Shown here piece after piece: positions 29,501 to 44,567 of a stretch of 64,000 bases of DNA. Source of the DNA: Chrysomallon squamiferum (Eukaryota; Animalia; Mollusca); contig CM022667.1 of assembly GCA_012295275.1 (NCBI GenBank), positions 1,674,001 to 1,738,000 on the forward strand, in the 5' to 3' direction. Below the pieces are notes generated by a model. That model searched no databases. It was not told the DNA's origin and saw only the letters and a list, made by a program, of their open reading frames with translations. A program made the translations under genes and the position numbers. How positions within the stretch are numbered: the stretch's first letter is position 1; every line of letters begins with the position of its first letter.

Positions 29501-30028
29501 AATAAATAAATAAATAAATAAAAATAAAACAAATTAAAAATTAAAACTTTGTGGAGTTTTCCTACGATCTTAGTAAGATTAGATTGTTATGTTTTAAATA
29601 AATTTCTCCAAACACTACTGGACCTGTTTTTCAGGTTTCTAACAACTCTGATGTTTGTAAGAAATGGTTACAAAAATGGTTACTATGAGCGCAAAATAAA
29701 TATACTTGGAAAACAACAAACGTGCATAGATTCAGGTAAAAATTAAAATTCAACAAAGCGAAAATACGTAACATGGATTTCAAGCAAACTTCATTTATAA
29801 AACAATATGAAAGTAAAATAGCACTATGCAATGGTACAATATTCAGAATTGATTCAGTAGGCTTATATCGTTACAATAAAGACAAACACAGGTAATTAAC
29901 ACAGGTAAAAGAATGAAGAAGAAAATAATAATAAGAGTCCGTTACGGTTTAAGTAACATACGTATATACATAACAAAACCAAATGAAAAGTAAATGAAAA
30001 AAGAAAAAAAGCGAAAGACGAAAAATCT

Positions 30029-30059
<31 letters not shown>

Positions 30060-30503
30060 ATGATCAATAGAAGAAAAGAAAGAGAAAAAGAAAAAATACA
30101 AAATGAAAGTAGATGAAATATGAGTTTGTAATTTCTTTGGTAAAAATATTTTTTAATAACAAATAATTAAAAAAAAAAAAAAATATATATAAAAAAAAAT
30201 AAAAATGAACTGTATGGATAGTAATAATACTCTTTCAAACCTACGGTACAAAAGGCCAAAAAATTGTATATGAAAAATATGTAATAAAAATAATATAACT
30301 GTTTTAACTACTTTCTAAGTGAGAACGTCTTTAACCGTCATTTGCTGCAACATAAACAATACCAGAATGAATTATAATAATGATTACAAAAGTAATACTG
30401 AAGGAAAGCAAACGATTAAATTCAATCGATGAATAATAATTCGGCTGTTTTCATTCTGTCGTAATTTACCTTGAAACAGTTTAGTTAATTAAATATGCAA
30501 AAG

Positions 30504-30527
30504 AATAATAATAATAATAATAATAAT

Positions 30528-30565
<38 letters not shown>

Positions 30566-30572
30566 GATAATG

Positions 30573-30607
<35 letters not shown>

Positions 30608-30608
30608 G

Positions 30609-30640
<32 letters not shown>

Positions 30641-30690
30641 TAAAATTAAAATTAAAAAAAAAATTAAAAAAAAAATTAAAATTAAAATTC
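30504..30690. repeat. (AAT)n/(AATGAT)n microsatellite
   Basis: Direct inspection. Confidence 0.9.
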
Positions 30691-31148
30691 GTAACATATG
30701 AAGAAAAAATTAAGAAGAATTACACATTATTTATACAAATGATTTAAAAATATATAAAACGGAACAAAACAAGCAAAGCAGGACAGTGATGAAGACAAAT
30801 GATACACTGAACAATAAACACACCTGAGCAACATTCAAGGAATGTATTAGTTCTGTCAGGATTAACTAATAACGTTAAATGAATTGAATATGCCTAATTC
30901 TTAACTCTATTAATGCCAGATGAATCATTAAACAAAAATAATAATCAAAAAAGTTAACGAAAAAAAGGTACAACAACCCCCCCCAAAAAAAGGAATGCTA
31001 CAATAAGACAAATGCCACATCTATATCTTCAAGATGATTTAATGCAGTGATTATTTTGAAACAAAAAGACTAGAAAATAATAAAACAATATTATTGTCTA
31101 AAATAATACTAACGAAAGTAGCACAAATCTTTTACAAATACAAATACA

Positions 31149-31212
<64 letters not shown>

Positions 31213-31317
31213 TAAATAAATAACAATAAATAAATAAATAAATAAATAAATTAATTAATTAATTAAATAAATAAATAAATAAAACATTAAATAAAACATT
31301 AAATAATAATAATGATG

Positions 31318-31348
<31 letters not shown>

Positions 31349-32190
31349 AAGTTATATACTGTCGATATGTATTAGATATGTAATAAAACAAACTAGCTTA
31401 TTCTGGTTCAAAATCGTATCTGTGTCTAAAACAGTCTAAGAATAATATCACTTTCTAAGTGATCAGCATTTTCGCGATATTTAGCTAAAGTTACATTATT
31501 ACACATAATAAATGCACCAAATATTTGTTGTTATTTTCTCAGTATTTTACTAATGAATGCCATAGAGTCATGTGAATAAGTCCATGTTAATTATGCTACT
31601 GTTATATGTTTTTAAAGTATAAAATAAATAAATAAAAGCAAAAGTTGGTTCTGAAACAACCAATGAACACAACTCTGTTACATATATATATATATATATA
31701 TATAAGTATAATATAACCAGAGAATACATTTTGATATAAAACAGACATCTGCGAATACCAATTGTTACTGCATGACAGAAATACTAAAGGGTATAAAAGT
31801 AGTTTAACAGGAACGAATGTTATAAACATAGTAATGTAACCAATTCTGGAATAAATACGTTTTGATTTAAAACAGACGTTTAGCAGAAACAATACTACAC
31901 GTGTTAATGCCTGAGATGTAATATTGCAGTGTTCAGAATTACTTTAAGAAAGCAAAATGAGAGTTAGTTTCATATGAAATATACGGTGAAATGTTCATGG
32001 CCAATAATAAAGCTACAAATGTCAGTTTTATGACAAAAATGAAATGTTTCTGTTAATATGAACTTCGGTTTACTTTAGTTGATGTTTTGAGTTCTTGTTC
32101 AAGTTACTGAAATATGAAAATAAACGTTAATTCGTTGTGTTTGATATGCATTGTCCTGAACCGCGACAAAAAAAAATGAGAATGAACTGT

Positions 32191-33104
32191 TTACACTTGT
32201 CGATGAGACTGTACTGGACAAGATCCCACGTTAATGAAAGTCTGGCACACCGACAAACGTTCTTGGCACGTTAAGGCTGTTAAATCGGGATAAAGACGCT
32301 GTGGGGGCGCCTGTAGTTCGAGTCTTGCCTGTTGGGCGTTGGCGTCGTAAGCCATAGCCTGGTTGACGTAGAACTGAGCAGGCGACTCGCAGTACTGGAA
32401 CTGATCCAGGTCGAACAAAACTGAAGCTCCGGCTCGTAAGGCGCGGACGGCTCGGGGTGATCCGTTATCCAGTCGGGGAAGGTGAATCCGCGGCACATGT
32501 CGTTGCACACGTGGCTGCCGAGCACTCGGTTAATTCCGTCGAGGCCGGCGTCGTTGTCGCCGAAGGCCTGATTCAGCGAGTGGATTATGGGCGTTTTCAA
32601 GCGGTAGCAGCTGCCGGACTTCGAGCCCTCGAGACCGCAGACGACCAGAGTCCCGCGCGTGTAGTGGTACGTGAAGTGGACGAACGCCTCGAGGAGGGTC
32701 GCCTCCTTGCTCCTGACGTTGCCGCGGTGATCGACGAACGTCTTGAAGTGCTTGTCGAACTTCTCTTCGATTAACACCCACTCGTTTCGCTGCAGTTTCC
32801 TGCTGCCAGGCGTCACCAGACTCCGGTCGTCAATCAGGGCTTTCAGCAGCTTCACGAACTCCAGCCTCTGCCCCCGGGTCGGATACTGGCTGAGGAAGAT
32901 CCGCGCCAGGTCCTGGGCGGTGTTCGTTTTGTCCATTTCCGTCTGGCAGCGCGACTCGGTGCCTGGTTTGTCGACGAACATCTTCACCACAGCCAGATCT
33001 CCACATCGAGGCCCGCTTCCGTTCAGCTGACCCACGAACGCTTTCATTCTGTTTCCTTTGGCGAAGGAAGTCAGTTCAAAGCTGGACCAGTATCTTAAAA
33101 TACA

Positions 33105-33155
<51 letters not shown>

Positions 33156-33502
33156 ACAACAACAAAAATCATTACCACCACCACCATCACCACAACAACA
33201 GCAACAATAAAAATAATCTCAACGATGATGATAATTGAAAAAGGAAGACATTCATCCCATGATAATATGACTATATATAACGATGGTGATGGTGACTGCA
33301 ATAATAATGATACCACTATCAGCGAATTACAAGGTTTACGTGAACAAAGTACAAATGTAACAATGATGGTTTCGACAATCCTTGATTTAGTAAAGGCAAA
33401 AACAAAAACAAAAATTCTCTGTTTATAATCTGAAGTTAATTTTACTTACCGGAAGCCGTCTTTGTCGACGCTGGATGACAGAGTGGTATTGGAAAGAACC
33501 AT
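32191..33502 (-). CDS. Alpha-kinase-fold protein (eEF2K/MHCK/VwkA-like), predicted pseudokinase, with PSAP and LYPxL tail motifs
   Basis: Exon 33502-33450 (MVLSNTTLSSSVDKDGFR, GTAAGT donor, phase 2) joins in frame to exon 33093-32191 (YWSSFELTSFAKG...AVVKMF...LEAFVHFTYHYTRGTLVVCGLEG...LKTPIIHS...FGDNDAGLDG...HVCNDMC). These match the alpha-kinase AFxHFTY, FGxxD/NxGxxG and HxCNxxC hallmarks. A one-base shortfall at 32417-32420 splits the tail between two ORFs; read literally, the stop is at 32280. Confidence 0.85.
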
Positions 33503-34093
33503 GCTGATAACGTAACAGTGACTTGTTCACTACAGATCACTCTTTGACGTTAATTTTCTAAAACAGAAAAAAATAATATATTAGTAAATTAAATAGGATC
33601 AGGTATACCATCTAGAGTAATAAATGTAATGTAATATTGCATACGTACAAATATACATACGTACGTATACAAAAGGAAAATGGAATTGGAAAAGTGTTGA
33701 CGCACGCCTTTCGTGGCACAGACTCTAAACTCGCAAAGAATTCTCTTCATAACAATATTAAGAATAGGGCGAATCGACAAAACGACGACAACTGAAATGT
33801 TATTTCGGAAATGAATTTAAACGATATAAATGGCGAAAACGGTTGGTGATAACGTCAGTGAAAAACGACGACAACCGTATCGTCGGAATGAATTCGTAAT
33901 GTCTGATCTAATAAAAGATATTCTGTAGTTCGTAATTAGTCTGATCTAATATTTTCTGTAGTCAATTAGCCTGCTATCATTGTTTATAAGGAGCCAGAGA
34001 ATGCAATAAACTGTTATTATTCTCTTTTACTGTTTTTTATATCTTTATTTATTTATTATTATTTTTTAAATAATAAAAATTTCTGTACAGTTT

Positions 34094-34640
<547 letters not shown>

Positions 34641-35385
34641 GTATACATGTTTAGGAATTCATAACAAACGTGATTCTTTATTATTCAAATATATCTTTCA
34701 TAATGACTGCTAGAAAGCGTTTGTAATGATAGAAAATTAGTGTAAATATGCCTGAGGATTCACTATTCAAATATCACTATTATATTCAACCTTTACAATC
34801 CTAGTGTGAAATTCACAACATACAAGAAAGGAAGAAAGAGAAAAAACAACAACAACAGAAGCTGTTTCGTTATGATCATTCCTAGCAACTGGAAATGCTA
34901 TTACTTTGAATTACATACGTATATACATACATAAATACGTGTGTATATATATATATATATTTATATTTCATAGCAAAATATATTTCATATAAAGAAGAGC
35001 AATAATATATATTTAAGGTATATAGTGAAATACATTTTATAGGAAACAACGAAAACCACACATTCAGGCAAAATTATTTAAAATATCGATATAATAAGTA
35101 GACATAACAAAATCAACAAATGTAGTTTATAAATGAAGTATAGAAAACTATTATTGTATACGGAGTGGATTTGAAGTAACCGCACAGTCTATATATATTT
35201 TCTCGACTGTTTGTGAGCTATATTCCATATATAGATTATTAAATTATTATAATGATACTGGTGATATATATATAGCCTAAATATCATCATGATCAGAATC
35301 ACAGAATCATTAAAATAATTTTGTTTTAACGTATATCTTACTTTTAACATATTTCGAGTTAATATAAAATCAATGCATATAACTA

Positions 35386-35422
<37 letters not shown>

Positions 35423-36068
35423 TAAAACAGTTTACTGCACCAGTGAATCATTACACATATAAATAAACACGATACACTGAATTACAACAAAAACAACAAA
35501 CAGTGAAGTATATCAATATTAATAACTATAATGTTACCGCTATAACTGTTAACAATTTCAAACCACCTCACCTTTTAAAAGAACACAAACTCTGGTCAAT
35601 ATGAAAATCAGTTTATATATGACAGTGCTATTGACAGGTAATTAATTTATCTTAGTAACAAATTTTATTGGAAACACAAATGAACCGGTAGTTCCAATAG
35701 ATGAATAGATTACTGTGGTATACAGTAAGTTCATTAGAACAACAAAACCAAATAGACAATTAGTGTAACTGTTACAGCTTTTAAAAACCACGGATTATCA
35801 TTAACACGCTACAGATTACCTAAATAAAACAACAACGCTGTTATAAATTACCTGAGTAGTAACAGTTATCCAAAGAAATGAATCTTTGTTTGTAGCAATC
35901 AAATGAACCTTCATATAAACAAAAAAAAAAAAAAAAAAAAAAAATCAACAGCAAGTATGGTATATCACAAACTGAGTGAAACAAGAATAAATAAATATAA
36001 ACAAAATAATAATAAAGAATAATTAAAATAAATAATTAAATAATCAAATAAGTAAGTAAGTAAATAAG

Positions 36069-36099
<31 letters not shown>

Positions 36100-36339
36100 A
36101 TTAATAAATAAATAAAAATAAAAAGGTAAATTTCAGTATCATCTCAACAATGAACAGCTGTTAATGTAAACAACTTATTTTTAACAGAGCCGAGACAAAG
36201 GACAACATAAAATCACTACATACTCATAAAAATCAATAACGATTACAATTTTTACCTACTCCAAGAAAATCGTTTACAGCAAGCAATGATCCCTTACTTT
36301 TAACACACGTATAAACAACCAACATACGATACAAGAATA

Positions 36340-36560
36340 GTATAACAGTCGCAATAACAACAACAACCAAACTATGATACATAATAAGTACTGGTGAAAA
36401 CAACAACCACAACAACAACAGCAACCAACCTATGATAAATAATGAGTATAGTGAAAACAGCAACCACAACAACAACAGCAACCAAACTATGACACATAAT
36501 AAGTAGAGTAAAACAGCCACATCAGCAGAAACCACAACTACAACAACAACAACAAACAAA
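36340..36560. repeat. Degenerate ~60-bp tandem repeat (3 copies)
   Basis: caacaac..caacca..ctatga...ataat.agta recurs. Confidence 0.7.
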
Positions 36561-37067
36561 ATGAGTATAATATACAACAATATTAGTATCATAAAATAAC
36601 ATGTTAAAAATTCTTAATAAAGTTACTTTAATATAAAAATCAGTATGTTATTCCTCATAAATATGAATTCTGTTAGAGTCGTTACTTTCCTAATATTAAT
36701 ATTCTTTATAAAAACCAGATGAACCATTACGTTCAGCTTGTTTAGATAGATACAATCTAATTTATTGCAAATACAAGAAAACAGACAAAGAAAAATGCAG
36801 AGGTGTTGTTAACACTAGTATTATTATAACTGTTGACACTTAACTACAGTAAGAAGAATGATCCAGCTACCTTTATACAGATGTTGGAGGTGTAAATTAT
36901 ACTACTGAGTTTTTTTCTAATATTATCTGTGTATCTTATAAATATAAGTGAATAAAAAGCACACTACGAACCCTATGAATATATATAATTCCGATAGTTA
37001 CTTCAAAATAACAACAAAAAATAAAAAACAAAAATGACAGAGAAAAGAACAGAATAGAAAAGAAAAT

Positions 37068-37116
<49 letters not shown>

Positions 37117-37293
37117 AAAAAAGAAAGAGAAAATATTAAAATAATGGATTTTCTTTAAATATTTTAATATCACTTTATATACATACATTTATTACGACAG
37201 CCGTCACATATGTTGAAATATATATTCATATAATAATTTATATATACGTGTTTGTGTCTTTACATAAGTGTGTATGTATGTATGTATGCATGT

Positions 37294-37327
<34 letters not shown>

Positions 37328-38785
37328 GTCTGTACAAACCTCATAAACATCAGTTATTCTAACGTTATGAACAGACTAAATATTAAAATAACTTACCTTC
37401 CTTTGATCGTTTTCAAATAGACACAAAATAAACAGACTAATATCAGTAATGCCAACAACTGTTACCTATGTCAAGAGCAGATGTCAAAATAACCGGCTTT
37501 GCTTAATCAGTTTTCGAAGTCGTGCTACAAACATCTGACTTCTAAAATTATTAGGTACCTTCAGAAAGTGTTACGTACCTGAAAATCACGGAACGACAAG
37601 AGACAGAAGAAAACATGTGATATGTACCACGCTATTGTTAATAAATGTCGTATTTAACCCACTGTTAAGTTGCCTTTGATATCAGCATAATGATCGACTA
37701 TATGAAAAACTCGAGAAAACAAACCTCAAGGTCCCTTTCAGCTATAAATATATTTAATAAACCTATTAAAATCGATCCTCACCTGTTAGAACGTCGAGTC
37801 GAAAAATCTGCGCATGAATAAAGGGAAAACATTTCGCTTATGAGCAGCGCCTGTTACTAAACGGTTCAATGAATTCCGGCATATTAGCATGTCTTTAAGT
37901 CTTTGCAATTCATAGAAGTATCATCACCGTTTTACAAGATCTCACACAAACTGGAATCATAGGTAAGTGTTAGCTACAGTTCAAAGAAAAATTCGTATAT
38001 AGTTAGAAATGAAAGTAGGTGATCGGCACGATTTAGAATTTATATTTTTGTTTAAAAGAAGAAGAAAAAGTGAAAAAAAAAATGAAAAAAAAAGAAGAGA
38101 AGAGAATAAACGAAAATTCAGATAAGAGTCAACGGTAACTGAAAGTCCCTTGCAGGAATGTCTATACAACGGCAACCAGGTCTCTTTTGCCTAAAGATAT
38201 CAGTGAATACATCCTTTATGTCCATTGACGACAGGAAATAAATAAATGACATTGCACATTGTCACTGATTATCTATACAGTTTACAGCACTTTGGGATTT
38301 TCTTTTTGTTCCAGTAAGGCGAGGTTAACATTGATATACAGCAGGCAACCGGCAAGCACATATGTTAGTAACCTGCAGATCTCGTTCTGTTAACAGAGGT
38401 CACCTTTTTACAACGTCCGGGGCGGAATATATCTCCCGTTTATTTGACTCTCGCTATCAAATAACGCATATATGTACCAGATGTTAATAAATACCTTACG
38501 ACCGAAACGTTAACTGATGTCGTAATGTGAACTAAAAAGGGACAGAGGAAGAAAAAAAAAAAACAAACAAAAAACTGAAAAAAGCAACTTTTATATTTCC
38601 ATTATAATATTTATTTATTACCCTTCCACTGTTTTAAAGGTTTTTGTTTATTTCTATTACTACTACTACTACTAATAATACTATTATTGTTATTATTATC
38701 ATTATTGTTGTTGTTGTTGTTATTATTATTGTTGTTATTTTTATTATTTATTATTTATTATTATTATTATTATTATTTATTATTA

Positions 38786-38816
<31 letters not shown>

Positions 38817-41051
38817 TTATTCTTATTATTATTTTACACAAAAAAATGTCTTACTACTTTCTTCATAGTTAAATCGTATTTAATTATATTAAAAATAAAT
38901 AATAAATTTAAAAAAAAAGAAGCAGAAGAAGAAGAGAAACGAAAAAAGAAAGAAAATAAAAAGGTTAATATTCATAACAAAGAATTATTCAGCTGAAACA
39001 GTTAATAACTATTGCTAAAACTTACTAAATTTAGATATTTTAACTTAAAATATATATATATATTCTGGGGTTGTATTTTTTTTTTTTTTTTTTTTTTTTT
39101 GTTTCGCGTCAATCGTTACCAAAAACCATTCTGTCTGAACCGCATCTTAACACAAATTAGCCAATCCGATCACATTGTAATTACGAGTGTTTTACACCAG
39201 CATTAACATTATCCCACAGCGATACTTCTTCTTTTTCTTTCTTTTTTTCACTTTTTTTTTCTCTCTCTCTCTCTCTACCAAAACGACCTAATTTAATTAC
39301 AGTGCGACGCTTCATTGGCCGTTGTTCGTACATGCATCGGCGTGACAGACAGTAGATATGCATACTCGAGAAATCAGCCCGTATATAAAGAAAGGGGCTC
39401 CGTCCTGCTTGAATGGTAATCCTAAAACCTACCCGCTGAGTTGGAAACACAATAAGGTGCAAGCGAATTCGACAAAATGGAAGCCACATGTATATATAAA
39501 CGACGTTTGTTGGAGGAATTTCAGTAGAGCATGTCCGTGAATTTTATTTCACTTTAGAGAAATTTATGAACTATAAAAAAATAATTCGTTTACTGATGTT
39601 TAAGAAAAAACGAAGTTTACTGGTCAGCCTTCGAAATGAATACAGAAACAGCTGGGTCATACATCGAATAAAATCGGATACGTTTTTATTCGACAGTATG
39701 GATATTAAATGAGAACGTTTAGTATTTTGCTAAAGTCTCCGCTTGCTTTTATAATTTATATATTTAATTTAGATACAGAAAAAAAAAAAAAAAAAAAAAA
39801 AAAAATGAATTAAAACAGTAAATAGCTACTGCTAAAACATATTAAGTTACCAAATCTCATTTTTGGTGAATAGGGAGACATTTGATATTTTGTTAAAGTT
39901 TTATTTTTAGCTGCTTTTATGTTTATTTGTTTATTATTTAATTTTAGTTTATTTCAGTAGATAGTGCACGTTATTTGTTTTGTGGTTTTCATTTAATATT
40001 TTTCATTTTTTTTTTTTTATAAACAAATAAAAATGTATAAGGATAATAAATAAATAAATAAATAAATGAATGAATAAATGAATGAACGAATGAATAAATA
40101 AACAAATAAATAAATATTTAATGTTACACGTTACAAATAATTACCATATTTTCGATATATAAATTACTAATAAAACAGAACAGGCAACTGAAATTATTAT
40201 TTAAAAATGATAATATGATCAAAATGTTAAAATAAATCTGAAAATGAATGAATGTTTACTGACAAAATGTTGATAACTTTATATATATATAAAACTTAAA
40301 CAGTTAATTAAAACATAGTGTAAAGAGCTGTGCAAAAATAAAAGTATCAGAGTTTAACATAAATTAAAATTTATAGTAAAATCCAGTAACCCTCGAAAAT
40401 AATATCATTTTAACATAGAGGAAACAAAGGTGAAATTGGAGATGTTTAAAAAAAAAAAACAAAAAAAAAAAAACAATACAATTCTTCTCATTTGAAAGAA
40501 ATAAAATCAAGGAAAATACAGAGACGAAGTTACGTGATCGAAAGTTCTGCAAGGAAAAAAAGTGAATAGGATCGGTCACGTGACTGGCAGCGCAACGGAC
40601 ACGATTTCTCACAAAGACAGCATCAACTAAATTAGTTTAAGACGCCTCTTATCACGTGACGTTTAACGCCCAATAGAATCAGATGTTTTGTTTCACACCC
40701 TATTATTAGGAGCACGCTAAGCTTGTGTTCTTTTAACCTTGTTAAGTTTTAAATATTTTATCTATTTTTAAATACACAGTGTCTTTATTTCAGTATTAAT
40801 ACAGTTCGGATAAGAATTTTTACCGTTTTAATGTGAATTAAGCATAAATTAAACATTTTTAAAAACAGCGTGTTATTTTTATTTGTTTTGAACTTTTTAT
40901 TTTTTATCGTATTTATTTATTTATATTTTTCAAATTTTTTCTTTTGACTTCTATTGCGCTAATTTAAAAAGGGAATAAAGAACATATTGAAGCGGTTGAT
41001 GATGCGGACGAATAAAAACAAACAATAAAGATAACAACAACAGAACAAAAT

Positions 41052-41084
<33 letters not shown>

Positions 41085-41527
41085 AATAATAATAATAATA
41101 AATAAATAAATAAATAAATAAATATAAAAATAATATATTAAAAATTTAAAAAAAATCCGATAAAACGACCCGTTATTATCCAGTTGCTACGGTTTCCAGA
41201 TGACCCTTTTTGCTTGGTTATCGATTGACAACGAAAATGACGTCACGCCATGTGCAGACGACGATCTGGGTTTTGTGTCAGAAAAAACAGACTTAATCAA
41301 GTCTCTTCAAGTTCATCCTCAAACAAAGAAGTCCTCCATCATCCACATCATGAATGGAGTTACAACCCTTTGTACTGGAACATACATGTTCTTGCAGGAA
41401 CACTGTTCTTTATTATTTTTGAAGTGAGATAATATCTAAATGCTTTGTGTGTCCGTTATGCTACTTGGTATAAGTTATAATAAACTGATTTGCATTCACA
41501 GACACAAATAAATACATATACAGATCT

Positions 41528-41572
<45 letters not shown>

Positions 41573-43696
41573 GTATACAAAATTAATAGTAGTAGTAGTA
41601 GTATTGATGATGATGATGATAAATAAATAAATAATTGTGCTGTTAATATAATTACATTTAATTGTGTTTGTTTGTGCGTTTATATTTAATATGTGAATGT
41701 ATATTTGCGTTCATCTATACTGCATGTGCTTAAGATTTTTTTTTTAAATCAATTTGTTAATTTTTTTATTATAATTTTTTTTTTTTCGGATTTGATTGTA
41801 ATCCAAAAAAGCTTAAAGCACATTATTACTGCTATAAATCAATTTTAAAAGCTAGACCCTTCATTGCTAAATATACAGCAGCTGCTAACAAAGGAACAAA
41901 TGAAAAAATTAGCCTGAACTTGCTTTTCTGGAAGAGATTTAAAAAAAAAAAAAAAAAAAAAATCCAAAGATCTCTAACAAAGCATTTGTTTTCAAATATT
42001 CATTTAAAAAAAAAAAAATAATAATAATAATAAAAATCTCATAATGATAAATAAATTAAAATAATAATAAGAAGAAGAAAGTGTAAACTGTTTTAAATTT
42101 CTAAGAAAATAGAAGCAGCGCATCATTCTTATCATGTATTTTTACAACCTTTCACCCCTAAAGACGATGATTGGTTCGCCCGATATGGACTAGTTTCCCG
42201 ATAAGGCTGGCGATACCATTTGTTTACAGGATGTACAGGTTAAGGTCAAGAACGCTACAGTTTGAATTCAAATCATCTTTGATTATGTTATAATACGTTT
42301 TTCTTTTTTCTTCTAAAAAAAAAAAAAAATTCCGATCTTAATGCCTAACTGTCCCGAATAAAGTCTGGAAGACAGTTTCGATGAAAATCGTCATTTTATT
42401 TTAATGTTAAAACGGCCAGTTCTTTTGTTCGTTTTATATCACATTGCCATGTTGCGCAAACATTACCCTCTTTGTTTCTCTGACACTGTATTATTTTAAC
42501 CTCAAGTTAGTTACATGCTACGAAAAAAAAAAAAAAAATAATAATAATAATAACAAAACTCCATTTCCTTTTATTTATTTAGTTTTTATATTTTTACTAC
42601 AATACTCATTTTTTATTCTCTAAAACAGACGCGAGCGTTGCAGACGACAGCACAGGAAATGTTCACACGCTTTTAGGAAATCCGAAAATTACAATCCTGG
42701 TTGTTTTTTTTATATGACATTTTCAATTGAATATATAGAAGCAATATTAATATTTATAATTTAAAAGAGACGGGAAAATTTTCTTACCTGGTTTTCGTGG
42801 TGTTTGTCCCTTCCAGTACGAATGCTTACTAAACGCCACTCTTAGTTAGCGCCTTTCCAAAGGATCATGGGAACTGAATAAACAAAGATATTTTTAGACG
42901 TGGAAAATCCCTGTGTTTAGCGCGGTTTTTAACGAATGTCCCGTTATAGGCTTACTAGGAAATTTGGCGGGGGTTTTACAGTTTCTGAAGAAAAATCTAA
43001 AATACATCTAAATAGTTTAATGTAATAAATATAAAATTTATAATTCATTAGTGATAACATACATACGTACGCACATACATGCATACCTACATACACAGAT
43101 CATTATATACTGTATGAAGCATACAAATATATATAAACACCGACATATTTGCATACATATCGTTATATATTTTATTTAAGTATATATAAATACGGTATTC
43201 ACGCTGAAATACACATCCACACACATCAGTAATCTGTCACACACATATTCTCTGTCAAGCGTTTAAAAAAAAAACACAGTTACATACTAATGCACATGCT
43301 TTCACACTTAGAAACAAAAGCACACACAAACACACCACAAACTTTTAAGAGTGAAAACGCTGAAATATAAACATACACAAAACACGCAAAGGCGCAAAAA
43401 AAAATACACACACAGCTTGCAAAATACAGACTAGTTTTAAACAAATACAAATTCGAATTAATTTAAAAATACTGGTCATTCATAGATAGTGATATCTCTG
43501 CTGATTACAAGCCACGTGACACAAGGATCAAGTTTACACGACACAAAAAGGAAACCGAGTCCACACCTTCGAGATTCAATTCAAACATAAATGTAGTTTT
43601 GCCAGCACGTTAGAAAACGCGGTAATTACAGCCATAGCATTATTATTCTTCAAAATTTGGTTAAAACGAGGAAGGCCGACATTCTGATATATCTAT

Positions 43697-43798
<102 letters not shown>

Positions 43799-44313
43799 TA
43801 TATCTATATATTATTATTATTATTATTATTATTATTTTATTTTATTTTATTTTATTTTAATTTTTTTCCATGTGAAATGTTTGTGTGAGTTATATATTAT
43901 AATAAATGATATATATATATATTTTTGGTTTACTTTGAAGATTTATTCGGTTGGCAGAGTTAGGTGCGGGGAAAAAGGGAATACATATGTCTGAACAGCT
44001 GAACTTCAGTAGTCTATAAACAAACATTTTTACGTCGACTGTAATAGGTGCGGGAAACGTGGTCATCAGCGTCCGATTTTAGCCACCATTTGTGTGGGTT
44101 TTATATCACTGCTACACAACAGCTACTACCTACTACTGCTACTGCTGCTTGTTATTACTTGTAATGATTTCTCCGTATTAATAATGAATTAATTATTGTT
44201 ATTAACAAGAGTTCTCATAGGATTAGTTGTAGTATTAGCGCTGATCTGGTGGTAGTCTAACAGTAAAATTACCTTACGTTGTTTATTTTCCTTATTTTTC
44301 TTCAACTTCTTCC

Positions 44314-44315
<2 letters not shown>

Positions 44316-44388
<73 letters not shown>

Positions 44389-44517
44389 CAGCAGCAGCAG
44401 TAGTAGTAGTAGTAGCAGCAGCAGCAGCAGCAGTAGTAATGGTAGCCTGTTATTAAAATTACTATACGTTATTTATTTTTCTTATTTTCTTTTTCTTCCT
44501 CTGCCTGTTATTATTAA

Positions 44518-44567
<50 letters not shown>

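Noticed and set aside
32457-33030. Plus-strand and alternative-frame ORFs overlapping the alpha-kinase exon
   Set aside because: Shadow ORFs expected from high GC3; no recognisable motifs.
41200-41432. Non-repetitive short ORFs after a cag|ATG context
   Set aside because: No recognisable domain, codon bias or partner exons.
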